Below are positions 10,311-18,971 of a stretch of DNA of 64,000 bases, piece by piece. This DNA is from Alphaproteobacteria bacterium. GTDB taxonomy: Bacteria; Pseudomonadota; Alphaproteobacteria; UBA8366; G965603855. Position 1 is the stretch's first letter; each line of letters begins with the position of its first letter. The stretch lies in the NCBI GenBank assembly GCA_965603855.1, contig OZ272519.1:3154118-3218117 (forward strand). The letters run 5' to 3'. The notes beneath the pieces were generated by a model that worked only from the letters and a program-made list of their open reading frames with translations, searched no databases and was not told the origin of the DNA. A program made the position numbers and the translations under genes.

Positions 10311-10793
10311 TCAGTTGAACTCCAGGTCGGGCGGCGAGATCAGCACGCCGAACTCCCGGCACCAGATGACGACGCTGTTGTAGTTGGCGAGATCGACCCC
10401 TTCCGGGATCGCGTATTTCTGGCTGCCCTTGAAGGCCCTGAGACCGCCCAAGTCGACGAACATTGACTGCTTGACGGCCTCGTCGTCGCGGATCTCCGCC
10501 GTCGGCACCAGATAGACGTGGTAGGCCGGGCCGGGCCCGACCTCGAAGTCGGCTTCCAGGAACACGGTCTCGCGGTAGACGGTCACGCCGCCCGAGCCGT
10601 AGTGGATCGGATCGCCTGGGTCGGCATGGATGAAGGTGCCCTTCGCCACGACCTCGGTCCGCTCGGCACCGGTCAAGGTTTCCATCGCCTCGGGCGGCGG
10701 AAAGACATAGGGAAACAGAAAGAACCCCAGCGCCACGCCGAACGCCGACCCCAAGACGCCGCCGGCAAGGAAAATCGTGAGGAAACGCCACAT
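10311..10793 (-). CDS. DM13 domain-containing protein (N-terminal TM anchor)
   Basis: An N-terminal hydrophobic helix is followed by the conserved DM13-like C-terminal motif SVVIWCREFGVLIS. Confidence 0.45.
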   Translation of the reverse strand: MWRFLTIFLAGGVLGSAFGVALGFFLFPYVFPPPEAMETLTGAERTEVVAKGTFIHADPGDPIHYGSGGVTVYRETVFLEADFEVGPGPAYHVYLVPTAEIRDDEAVKQSMFVDLGGLRAFKGSQKYAIPEGVDLANYNSVVIWCREFGVLISPPDLEFN

Positions 10794-10900
10794 CTGATTT
10801 CACTCCCGGTAAAAGCCTGGACCAGACACCAACATGGAGCCGCCTGGGCGAATTCAACCTCACGCGTGATAACAAAGGCGGGACGGATCCCCGGTTTCGG

Positions 10901-11206
10901 CTATTCCTCGGGTTCGGTCGTGAACATCAGGGGATAACCGGCGCTGCGGCCCGTGTCGGTTCCTTCCTTCGCCTTGGTCTCGGCAACGTCACGGGCATAG
11001 ACGGCGACCACGCAGGCCCCGCGCGTGTGCGCCGTCATCATCACGCGATAGGCCTGCTCTTCGCCGACGCCGAAAACGGCGCGCAGCACCGCGACGACGA
11101 ACTCCCGCGGCGTGTAGTCGTCGTTCAACAACATCACCTTGTGCAGGCGTGGCCGCTGTGTCTTCGGACGGGTTTTGGTGCTTGGGATCGTGAGGTTATC
11201 GCTCAT
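10901..11206 (-). CDS. clpS: ATP-dependent Clp protease adaptor ClpS
   Basis: KVMLLNDDYTPREFVVAVL...YRVMMTAHTRGACVVAVY is the canonical ClpS core. The start was trimmed to MSDNL at 11206 (CAT verified on the forward strand). Confidence 0.8.
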   Translation of the reverse strand: MSDNLTIPSTKTRPKTQRPRLHKVMLLNDDYTPREFVVAVLRAVFGVGEEQAYRVMMTAHTRGACVVAVYARDVAETKAKEGTDTGRSAGYPLMFTTEPEE

Positions 11207-11452
11207 CGGACCCTGCCTGACGCATCGTTGTTCCAATGGCACGACAGCGCGCATCTTCGGCTCGTGCTTAACACGCGTCAAGACGTTCGCGGCTCCGACA
11301 CATTCATATGTTCACCAGGCTAAAGAGTGCGGTAAGGTTTCGCAGGGGCGGGCTATGTCATTTCCCTGAAACACAAGCCGACTATCCCCCAACACAGTCG
11401 CGTTGCGGCCAACCAGCGCCGCAGTCCGTTTATTAACCGGGAGGTACAAATC

Positions 11453-13348
11453 ATGACCGAAACATCGTCGACTGAACTGTCCTTTGACGAGTTCGACGAG
11501 CAGCTCAATCCTGGCCCAGAGGTGACCGAGTTCGACCAGGTGGTCGACCGCGCGATCAGCCGCCGGGGCTTCCTCGGCCGCGGTATCGCCATGGGCACCG
11601 CCGCCTTTGTGATGGGAACGACGGCGCTGACGCCGATCCGCGCCTACGCCGCAAGCAGGCTTGGTTTCGATCCTGTCCCCGCAAACAGCGACGACTCAAT
11701 CACCGTGCCGAACGGCTACAGCTGGCACATCGTCGTCAAGTGGGGCGACCCGCTGTGGTCGGATGCGCCCGATTTCGACGAGGCGACCCGCGGCGACGGC
11801 GCCAGCCAAGAAACCTCGTTCGGCGACAACACGGACGGCATGGCCCTGTTCGCAAATCGCGGGCGGTACATCCTGGCCGTCAACAACGAGTACACGAACC
11901 GCAGCATCATCTACGGCAACCGGGAATCGAAACTGCCGGAGAATGCCGACGACGTGCGCAAGGGCAAAGCGGCACATGGCGTTTCGGTCATGGAAATCGC
12001 GCAGAACGACGGAAAATGGTCCCTGGTCGTCGACTCGCCTTTCAACCGTCGGATTACCGCCGACACGCCGATGGACATCACGGGCCCGGCACGCGGCCAC
12101 GATCTTTTGAAGACGGCCGCCGATCCCGAAGGTGTTCGGTCGCTGGGCACCTGGAACAATTGCGGCAACGGCCGCACGCCGTGGGGCACCTACCTTGCCT
12201 GCGAGGAGAACTTCAACGGCTACTATTCGTCCAGCGACGAGAGCTTCGAGCCGACGGCGCACATGAAACGCTACGGCGTCAGCAACAAGGACTGGGGCTA
12301 CGCCTGGGCCACGGCCGACGAGCGGTTCGACATCTCCAAGCACCCGAACGAGTCCAACCGCAACGGCTATGTGGTCGAGATCGATCCCATGGACCCGGAC
12401 TCAACGCCCAAGAAGCGCACGGCGCTCGGCCGGTTCAAGCACGAGAACGCCGAGGTGGTTGTCGCCAACAACGGCCACGTGGTCGTCTATATGGGCGACG
12501 ACGAACGCGGCGAGTTCCTCTACCGTTTCATCAGCGACGGAAAGTACTCCCAGGGCGGCGACAATGCCGACCTGCTCGAAAACGGCAAGCTGTACGTCGC
12601 CAAGTTCGACGACCAGTTGCGCGGCCAATGGATGGAGCTGTCCCCGGCAACCACGGGAATGGCCTCACAGGCCGAGGTCAGCGTCATGACCCGGCAGGCC
12701 GCCTCCAAGGTCGGGGCCACGACCATGGACCGGCCGGAATGGGTTTCGGCGAACCCGAACAAGGCCGAGGTGTATTGCTGTCTGACCAACAACAAGAACC
12801 GCGGCAAGAAGCCGAACGCAGGCGGCGACGACACGTCGGCCAACGGTCCGAACCCGCGCGTCGGCAACAACTACGGCCAGATCGTACGCTGGCGCCCGGA
12901 CGGCGGCGACCATACCGCCGACGGGTTCGATTGGGATCTGTTCGTGCTGGCCGGCAACCCGACGGTTCACAACGACGAGTACGGCGGATCGGACAACGTC
13001 TCGGCGGACAACATGTTCAACTCGCCGGACGGCCTCGGCTTCGACTCCACAGGTCTGATGTGGATCCAGACCGACGGCAACTACAGCAACGAGGGCGACT
13101 TCGCCGGCATGGGCAATAACCAGATGCTGGTCGCCGATCCTGAAACGGGCGAGATCAAGCGCTTCATGGTCGGACCCAACGAATGCGAAGTCACCGGTAT
13201 CACCTGGAGCCCGGACCGCAAGACGGTCTTCATTGGCATTCAGCACCCGGGCGAAAAGGGCAACAGCCACTGGCCCGCCGGCGGCAGCTCTGTCCCGCGT
13301 TCGGCGATCATTGCGATCGTCCGCGACGACGGCGGCCTGATGGGCTGA
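11453..13348 (+). CDS. phoX: Alkaline phosphatase PhoX (DUF839), TAT-exported
   Basis: Twin-arginine signal SRRGFLGRG. A full-length PhoX/DUF839 beta-propeller signature runs throughout, including C-terminal HPGE. Confidence 0.8.
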   Translation: MTETSSTELSFDEFDEQLNPGPEVTEFDQVVDRAISRRGFLGRGIAMGTAAFVMGTTALTPIRAYAASRLGFDPVPANSDDSITVPNGYSWHIVVKWGDPLWSDAPDFDEATRGDGASQETSFGDNTDGMALFANRGRYILAVNNEYTNRSIIYGNRESKLPENADDVRKGKAAHGVSVMEIAQNDGKWSLVVDSPFNRRITADTPMDITGPARGHDLLKTAADPEGVRSLGTWNNCGNGRTPWGTYLACEENFNGYYSSSDESFEPTAHMKRYGVSNKDWGYAWATADERFDISKHPNESNRNGYVVEIDPMDPDSTPKKRTALGRFKHENAEVVVANNGHVVVYMGDDERGEFLYRFISDGKYSQGGDNADLLENGKLYVAKFDDQLRGQWMELSPATTGMASQAEVSVMTRQAASKVGATTMDRPEWVSANPNKAEVYCCLTNNKNRGKKPNAGGDDTSANGPNPRVGNNYGQIVRWRPDGGDHTADGFDWDLFVLAGNPTVHNDEYGGSDNVSADNMFNSPDGLGFDSTGLMWIQTDGNYSNEGDFAGMGNNQMLVADPETGEIKRFMVGPNECEVTGITWSPDRKTVFIGIQHPGEKGNSHWPAGGSSVPRSAIIAIVRDDGGLMG

Positions 13349-13370
13349 CAACCGGCGCAGATACGTCATT

Positions 13371-13401
13371 GGGGCGTCCGCTTGCGGACGCCCCTTTTTT
13401 T
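13371..13401 (+). terminator. Rho-independent terminator after phoX
   Basis: GGGGCGTCCG-CTTG-CGGACGCCCC is a perfect 10-bp GC stem and is followed by TTTTTTT. It lies 23 nt after the phoX stop and could also serve the convergent lacI-family gene. Confidence 0.65.
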
Positions 13402-13435
13402 GAGCCTGGAGCGATCCGACCCCGTCCGGCCGCGA

Positions 13436-14497
13436 TTACGTGCCCGCCGGTTCGCCGTGCGCGGCTGCACGGTCTCCGTCACGCCGGACGATGGTGTGTT
13501 CCAGGACGATCTCGAACGCGCCCTCCCCGGACATCAATCGCGAAAGTGCCGAAACGATGGCATGTCCAAAGCCCTCGTAGGGCACCCGCACGCTGGTCAA
13601 CCATGGAGCCACCCAGTCGTTCAGCGGCGAATCGTCGAAGCCCACGACCCGGATGTCATCCGGAACGGCCTTCCCCGTCTCGCGCAGCCGCCGTGCGGCG
13701 CCGAACGCAATCAGGTCGCTCAGACAGAAGACCGCCTCCAGATCGGCGTCCTCAGCCAGCAACGCCGCGGCACCCTCGTAGCCGATCAGCAAATGGTCCG
13801 TCTCCGCCGGCGAGACCACATTGGGTGGCCGTTGGGGTCGCAGGTCCGCCAACCGCTCGCAAAAGCCCGTGACCCGATCCTGCGTGGCCGAAGAGGTCAG
13901 CGGACCGTGGATCAGGCCAATCTTTCCTTCCCCCGTCTCGTCGAACAACTCTGCGACCTCACGGCCGGCGCGGCGGTTGTCGATGCCGACGAAAGGATCG
14001 TCCTTGGCAAACGGGTCGCGCCGGTTGACAAACAGAAGCCGCGCGCCCGCCGCGCGGAAAGCATCGAGCTGGGGGCTCTTAACGGCGCCCAACAGCACGA
14101 TCGCAGTCGCGAATTGCGCGCGCATCTCCAACAGGTACTCGTCCTGTATCTCGGGGCGGTCGTGGGTATCGCACAACACCATGACATAGCCGGCCTCTCT
14201 CAGTGCGGCTTCGGTCGAGGCGGCGATTGCCGCCATCGTCGGGTTGCCAAGGCTGGCGGCCAGCACGGCAACCATGCGGCTTTCGCCCTGTCGAAGCGCT
14301 CGGCCGACGCTCGCCGGCCGGTAGTTCATCTCCGCAATAGCGGCCCGGACGCGCGCTTCGGTCTTTTCGGAGTACCGTGCGCTGACGCCGTTCACGACGC
14401 GGCTAACCGTCGCCACCGAGACGCCGGCCCGCGCCGCGACTTCCGTGATCGACGGTGCGTTGGCGGCACGCTTTCGCGATTTCGCGGCCTGTTTCAT
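13436..14497 (-). CDS. LacI family transcriptional regulator
   Basis: The HTH block SITEVAARAGVSVATVSRVVNG is followed by a periplasmic-binding-fold effector domain. The gene is divergent from the sugar ABC operon. The start was chosen at MKQAAKS; an alternative start is at 14521. Confidence 0.8.
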   Translation of the reverse strand: MKQAAKSRKRAANAPSITEVAARAGVSVATVSRVVNGVSARYSEKTEARVRAAIAEMNYRPASVGRALRQGESRMVAVLAASLGNPTMAAIAASTEAALREAGYVMVLCDTHDRPEIQDEYLLEMRAQFATAIVLLGAVKSPQLDAFRAAGARLLFVNRRDPFAKDDPFVGIDNRRAGREVAELFDETGEGKIGLIHGPLTSSATQDRVTGFCERLADLRPQRPPNVVSPAETDHLLIGYEGAAALLAEDADLEAVFCLSDLIAFGAARRLRETGKAVPDDIRVVGFDDSPLNDWVAPWLTSVRVPYEGFGHAIVSALSRLMSGEGAFEIVLEHTIVRRDGDRAAAHGEPAGT

Positions 14498-14556
14498 GGC
14501 CAGGGAGTTCGCTCCAACCATTCTCGCGCAAACCGGTGCGGTCACGCTTGCACGCC

Positions 14557-14597
14557 GTAAGGATATCGATTACCCTAGCAAAGGTAAACGATTACTC
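14557..14597. promoter_or_regulatory. Two tandem LacI-type operator-like palindromes with CG centres in the lacI/ABC divergent intergenic region
   Basis: GGATATCGATTACC (about 14561-14574) and GGTAAACGATTACT (about 14583-14596). Both resemble the LacI-family consensus TGnnAACGnTTnnCA with a central CG. They lie between the divergent regulator and SBP genes. Confidence 0.35.
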
Positions 14598-14674
14598 GAC
14601 AGCCAATATCCCGGTTGCCCTAGGGCGCTGTCGAGCCACGAAGCAACAAACGCGACATCAGGGAGGACGCGTCC

Positions 14675-15964
14675 ATGAGCTGGAAGAGCAGCTTGACAGG
14701 CATCGCGGTCGCCGCGGCGATGGCAACCGCGGGCGTTTCGGCACAGGCACAGGAACTCGTGATCTGGCACGATCTCGGCGACAACGGCGACAAGTGGTTC
14801 GCCGAACTCGGCGCCGAGTTTGCCAAGTCCAACCCGGGCGTCACGATCAGTTCCGTAAACTATCCCACTGACCAGTGGTTCGGTCGCGTCATCGCGGCGA
14901 TCAACACCGATACCGCCCCCGACCTGATCTACAACAACTACGAGCGCGTGATCCGGATCGAGACCCAGACCGAGCGCATCATGGACATGTCGGACGTGCT
15001 TGCTTCGATAGAAGACAAGGGATTTCTGAGCGACGCCGACCTTCAGGTTGCGACCTACCAGGGCAAAATGATCATCCTGCCGATCCAGCGCGTTCAAATG
15101 GGTTTCGGCGCCCGCAAGAGCTGGCTCGACAAGATCGGCGCGGACATGCCCGAGACCTGGGACGACGTGAAGGCAATTGCCGCCAAGTTCAGGACCGACG
15201 ACCCGGACGGCAATGGCAAGGACGACACCTTCGGCCTGGCACTGGAGGCTGCGAAGCCGCGCGACCTGATCCACATGCTGGACCTCTATACGTTCGGTGC
15301 CGGTCTTCGGCACACCTTGATCGACGCCGAAGGCAACATCGTCATTGACCAGCAGGAACACGCGGCGGTCCTGGAGGAGTTTCTCAGGAGCTTCACCGAC
15401 TACGAGTTCGTCGCGCCGGATACCATCAACCACTCGTTCCCCGAGATGTATCAGGTGATCGAAGGCGGCCGCGCTGGCATGTTCCGTGTCGGCGACTGGA
15501 ACGTAAAAAAGTGGGACACGCCCGAGGTCCTGGACGGTGACTTCGTGATCGGCCCGTGGCCGGCACACTTCGACGACAAGGGTGGCAAGGTCGTCATCGG
15601 CGGCATGCGCGGCGTGGCGGTGCCGGAGAACTCGCCGAACCGGGACATCGCGGTGAAGTTCGCCGCCTTCATGCTCAGCAAGCCGGCCCAGCAGGCAAGC
15701 CTACAGAACGTTGGCGCCGCGGTCCGCAACGACCTGGACCTGACCGGTTTCTCGGAACGGCGCCAGTACTTCGCGGCCGCCAAGGGGCCGTTGACCGCCT
15801 ACGACTTCCCGGAATCGATCCATCCCTGGTATCCGGAGCTCGAGGCGGCGTATCACCGCAAGCTGTTGGACGGCATTGCGAACCCGCCGACGGACTGGAA
15901 GGCCTTCATCGCCGAGACGGCGGCGGAGATGCGGGAACTGAAGGACAAGTTGTCCAAGGGCTGA
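14675..15964 (+). CDS. ABC transporter substrate-binding protein (CUT1 sugar family, SBP family 1)
   Basis: Signal peptide ending ...VSAQAQ. Typical extracellular sugar-binding protein, about 429 aa. Confidence 0.8.
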   Translation: MSWKSSLTGIAVAAAMATAGVSAQAQELVIWHDLGDNGDKWFAELGAEFAKSNPGVTISSVNYPTDQWFGRVIAAINTDTAPDLIYNNYERVIRIETQTERIMDMSDVLASIEDKGFLSDADLQVATYQGKMIILPIQRVQMGFGARKSWLDKIGADMPETWDDVKAIAAKFRTDDPDGNGKDDTFGLALEAAKPRDLIHMLDLYTFGAGLRHTLIDAEGNIVIDQQEHAAVLEEFLRSFTDYEFVAPDTINHSFPEMYQVIEGGRAGMFRVGDWNVKKWDTPEVLDGDFVIGPWPAHFDDKGGKVVIGGMRGVAVPENSPNRDIAVKFAAFMLSKPAQQASLQNVGAAVRNDLDLTGFSERRQYFAAAKGPLTAYDFPESIHPWYPELEAAYHRKLLDGIANPPTDWKAFIAETAAEMRELKDKLSKG

Positions 15965-16070
15965 TCCCTCGGCGGATCCGTCCGTTCAACCGGCGAGGCG
16001 CGGCCGGGTCCGTGCCTCGTCTGCCGGTCCGCCGCCAAGACGGGCCGCCGCGATGTGAGGTCCGCTGACG

Positions 16071-16970
16071 ATGCAAGCCGTCGCCGCTTCGATCAGGTCC
16101 GGGCGCTTGGGGCGGACCGCGGTCTTCTATGCGTTCGCCCTGCCGTTTGCGGCACTGACCATCGTCTTTGGTATCTGGCCGATCGTTCTGTCGATTGAGG
16201 TCTCGCTGACCGCTTCGGCTACGGCCCTCAGGCCGGAGCCGAAATATGTCGGTCTCGCCAACTACATTTCGGTCATGGCGGACCCGGTCTTCATTGCGTC
16301 CCTGTGGCGGACGCTGCTGTACACGGCATTCGCGGTGGTCGCCAACGTGGGTTTCGCCCTTGCCTACGCTCTGTTGCTCAATTCGGCGGCCCTGGGCCGC
16401 GGCGTCACGTTCTTCAAGGTAGCGATGTTCCTGCCGGTCGTCACACCGGACATTGCAGGCTATGTGGTGTGGCGCTGGCTCTACGACCAGAGCTTCGGCG
16501 CCGTGAACGCCTTCCTCTTGGCTGTGGGCCTGCCCGAGTTCGGCGGCATCGCATCCACCTCTACTGCGATGACGGCGATCCTGATTGCCGAGCTTTGGCA
16601 CCACGCGGGTTTCTACGCGGTAATCTTCCTCGCCAACCTCGCGATCTGCGACAAGGCGCTGGAGGAAGCGGCGCGGATCGACGGGGCAAATCCCCTGCAG
16701 GTCATCCTCTACGTCATCATGCCGCAACTGCGCCCCGCCCTCTTGATCAACGGCGTCTATGCGGTGATCCAGTTCTTGAAGACCTTCACGGTCGTCGTGA
16801 TCATGACGAAGGGCGGACCGAACGAGGTGACCAACTTCGTCTCCTACTACGCCTATCAGCTGTTCGACCAAGGCCGCTATGGCGAGGCGACGGCGATGGC
16901 GACGATCCTGTTCGCCATAGTTGCCGTCGTAGCGCTGGTCGCCTATCGGCTGGGCGACAGGCGGGTCTGA
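16071..16970 (+). CDS. Sugar ABC transporter permease (MalF/UgpA-like)
   Basis: Six TM segments and the EAA-loop region ...EAARIDGANPLQVILYVIMPQLRPAL. Confidence 0.8.
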   Translation: MQAVAASIRSGRLGRTAVFYAFALPFAALTIVFGIWPIVLSIEVSLTASATALRPEPKYVGLANYISVMADPVFIASLWRTLLYTAFAVVANVGFALAYALLLNSAALGRGVTFFKVAMFLPVVTPDIAGYVVWRWLYDQSFGAVNAFLLAVGLPEFGGIASTSTAMTAILIAELWHHAGFYAVIFLANLAICDKALEEAARIDGANPLQVILYVIMPQLRPALLINGVYAVIQFLKTFTVVVIMTKGGPNEVTNFVSYYAYQLFDQGRYGEATAMATILFAIVAVVALVAYRLGDRRV

Positions 16971-16973
16971 GCA

Positions 16974-17810
16974 ATGCGCAAACCCTCGCCGCCCGCCGTC
17001 ATCGCCGCCTATGCCGTGGCGATCGCGTGCACGATCTTCTTTCTCTATCCCTATTGGTGGATGCTGCTGGGCGCCTTCCGATCGACCGAGAGCATCCTGA
17101 CCGAACCGCTGGCGCTGTTTCCCGAAAACATCAACTTCCGCGCCTTTGAGGACATCCTGCGCATCAGCGGCGTGCCGCTGTGGCGCTATCTTGCGAACTC
17201 GCTCTACATCACTGGGCTTTCGACGGTGGTCGGCGTCGCGGTGACGGCGCTGGGCGCCTATGCCTTGGTGCGCCGGCCGCAGCTGTTGCCGATGCGCGTT
17301 CTACGCAACGGGTTTCTGCTGACCATCATGTATCCCTACATGCTGCTGGTCATCCCGGCCTACATCGTGATGTTCAAGATCGGCCTCTTGGGCACCTACA
17401 CCGGCATCATCCTGTTCCTGTCGCTGGGACCCGTGCAGTTCTTCCTGTTCGAGCAGTTCTTCCGTGCCATCCCCGGCGAAGTGATCGAGGCATCGATCAT
17501 GGACGGCGCCAACGAGTTCCATATCTTCTGGTATATCGTGCTGCCGCTGGCGATGCCGGTGGTCGCCACCGTCACGATCATCACCTTCCTGCTCAACTGG
17601 GCCCAGTGGTTTCCGGTCCTTGTGGTCTCCCGGTCTCCGAAGACCTACACGTTGCCGGTTGCGCTGTTGAACATGAACGGCGAACTGGGAGTCAACTTCC
17701 AGGGCATCATGGCACTGGCCATCCTGACCACCATCCCCGTGACCATCGTGTTTCTCGTCGCGCAGCGGCGCGTCATCCAGGGCATGGCCGAGGGCGCGGT
17801 GAAGGGTTGA
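16974..17810 (+). CDS. Sugar ABC transporter permease (MalG/UgpE-like)
   Basis: EAA motif ...EASIMDGANEFHIFWYIVLPLAMP, with 4-nt spacing from the upstream permease. Confidence 0.8.
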   Translation: MRKPSPPAVIAAYAVAIACTIFFLYPYWWMLLGAFRSTESILTEPLALFPENINFRAFEDILRISGVPLWRYLANSLYITGLSTVVGVAVTALGAYALVRRPQLLPMRVLRNGFLLTIMYPYMLLVIPAYIVMFKIGLLGTYTGIILFLSLGPVQFFLFEQFFRAIPGEVIEASIMDGANEFHIFWYIVLPLAMPVVATVTIITFLLNWAQWFPVLVVSRSPKTYTLPVALLNMNGELGVNFQGIMALAILTTIPVTIVFLVAQRRVIQGMAEGAVKG

Positions 17811-17813
17811 GGG

Positions 17814-18971
17814 ATGCTGCAGGTTCAAGAACCCGACGAGCTGTTCGCTAGATTGGAGGTCGCCGGCGCGCGAACGCTTGCCTGGCTTGACAGCCTCGCC
17901 GCACCCGCAGCCGCGCCCGGGGTCACGCGGTTTTCCAAGCAGCACGATGCCGTCGCCTGGCCGGGCATGCTGTTGCCGGGCACCTACAATGCGATCCATT
18001 GCAGGGCGCTGTTGGGGGGGCTCGGGGCAATGTCCAGCACGGAGCGCGGCCGCTGTATCGACTGGCTGGAGTCCCACCGCGCGCCCAGCGGCGTCTTCCG
18101 CATACCCGGCATGGAAGAACACGCGGTCTACAAAAAGCCCGACCGCGACGAAACGTGGCGCTACATCGATTTTCACGTCACGAACTACACCCTGGGCGCG
18201 ATCCAGATGTTGGACGGCGACCGCGCCCCGGCGCTCGCTTTCCTCCGACCATGGCTCGACCGGGCCATCTTCGATTCCTGGTTCGACGGTCGCGACTGGT
18301 CGGACCCTTGGCAAGAGGGGAACAACCTGGTCAACCTTGCCAGTTTTTTTCTGATGCTGGAGCGTTTTGGCACCGGGACGGAACGAAGGCAGGCCGTGGC
18401 CGCCCTCGACCGCCTGATCGAACGGCTGGAGGCGACGCAGGACCCGGCGAACGGTTTTTGGTGGGACGGCAGGGACGAGGACGGTCGCGGGGTGTTGCAT
18501 GCCATGGCCGGCGCGATGCACAGCTTTCACCTTTGGTACGAGCGCGGGCGCCCACTGCCGCACCAAGAGCAGGCGGTCGACTACACGCTGTCCCTGGACC
18601 CCGCTTCCGTGATGGGCGCCTGCCTAGATGTCGACGCAGTCGATCTGTTGTTTCATGCCCTGCGCGCAACCGGCTACCGCGCCGGTGACATCCGCCGGTG
18701 GGCAGAGACCAAGCTGGCGGCGCTGTTGGACCTCCAGCGAGCGGACGGCGGGTTCGCCGACGTCGAAGACGGCACGCTGCGGCCCGACGGCTGGGTCGGC
18801 GGATACGCCGAGCCGCAGGGCAGGTCGAACACCTTCGCGACCTGGTTCCGCTGGATTGCGATCGCGATGATTGCGGAACTGTTCTGGCCCGGGCGGCGGA
18901 ACTGGCAATTCCGCGCGATGATCGGAATCGGCTATTGTCGGACCGCTTTCCCGGGAGACCAGAATGGCTGA
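17814..18971 (+). CDS. Hypothetical protein with terpenoid-cyclase/prenyltransferase-like (alpha/alpha-toroid) repeats, embedded in the sugar uptake operon
   Basis: Repeated QxxxGGF/W-rich segments (ATQDPANGFWWDGRDEDG; LQRADGGFADVEDGTLRPDGWVGGY). The gene is 3 nt downstream of the permease and overlaps the GH2 start by 8 nt. Confidence 0.4.
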   Translation: MLQVQEPDELFARLEVAGARTLAWLDSLAAPAAAPGVTRFSKQHDAVAWPGMLLPGTYNAIHCRALLGGLGAMSSTERGRCIDWLESHRAPSGVFRIPGMEEHAVYKKPDRDETWRYIDFHVTNYTLGAIQMLDGDRAPALAFLRPWLDRAIFDSWFDGRDWSDPWQEGNNLVNLASFFLMLERFGTGTERRQAVAALDRLIERLEATQDPANGFWWDGRDEDGRGVLHAMAGAMHSFHLWYERGRPLPHQEQAVDYTLSLDPASVMGACLDVDAVDLLFHALRATGYRAGDIRRWAETKLAALLDLQRADGGFADVEDGTLRPDGWVGGYAEPQGRSNTFATWFRWIAIAMIAELFWPGRRNWQFRAMIGIGYCRTAFPGDQNG

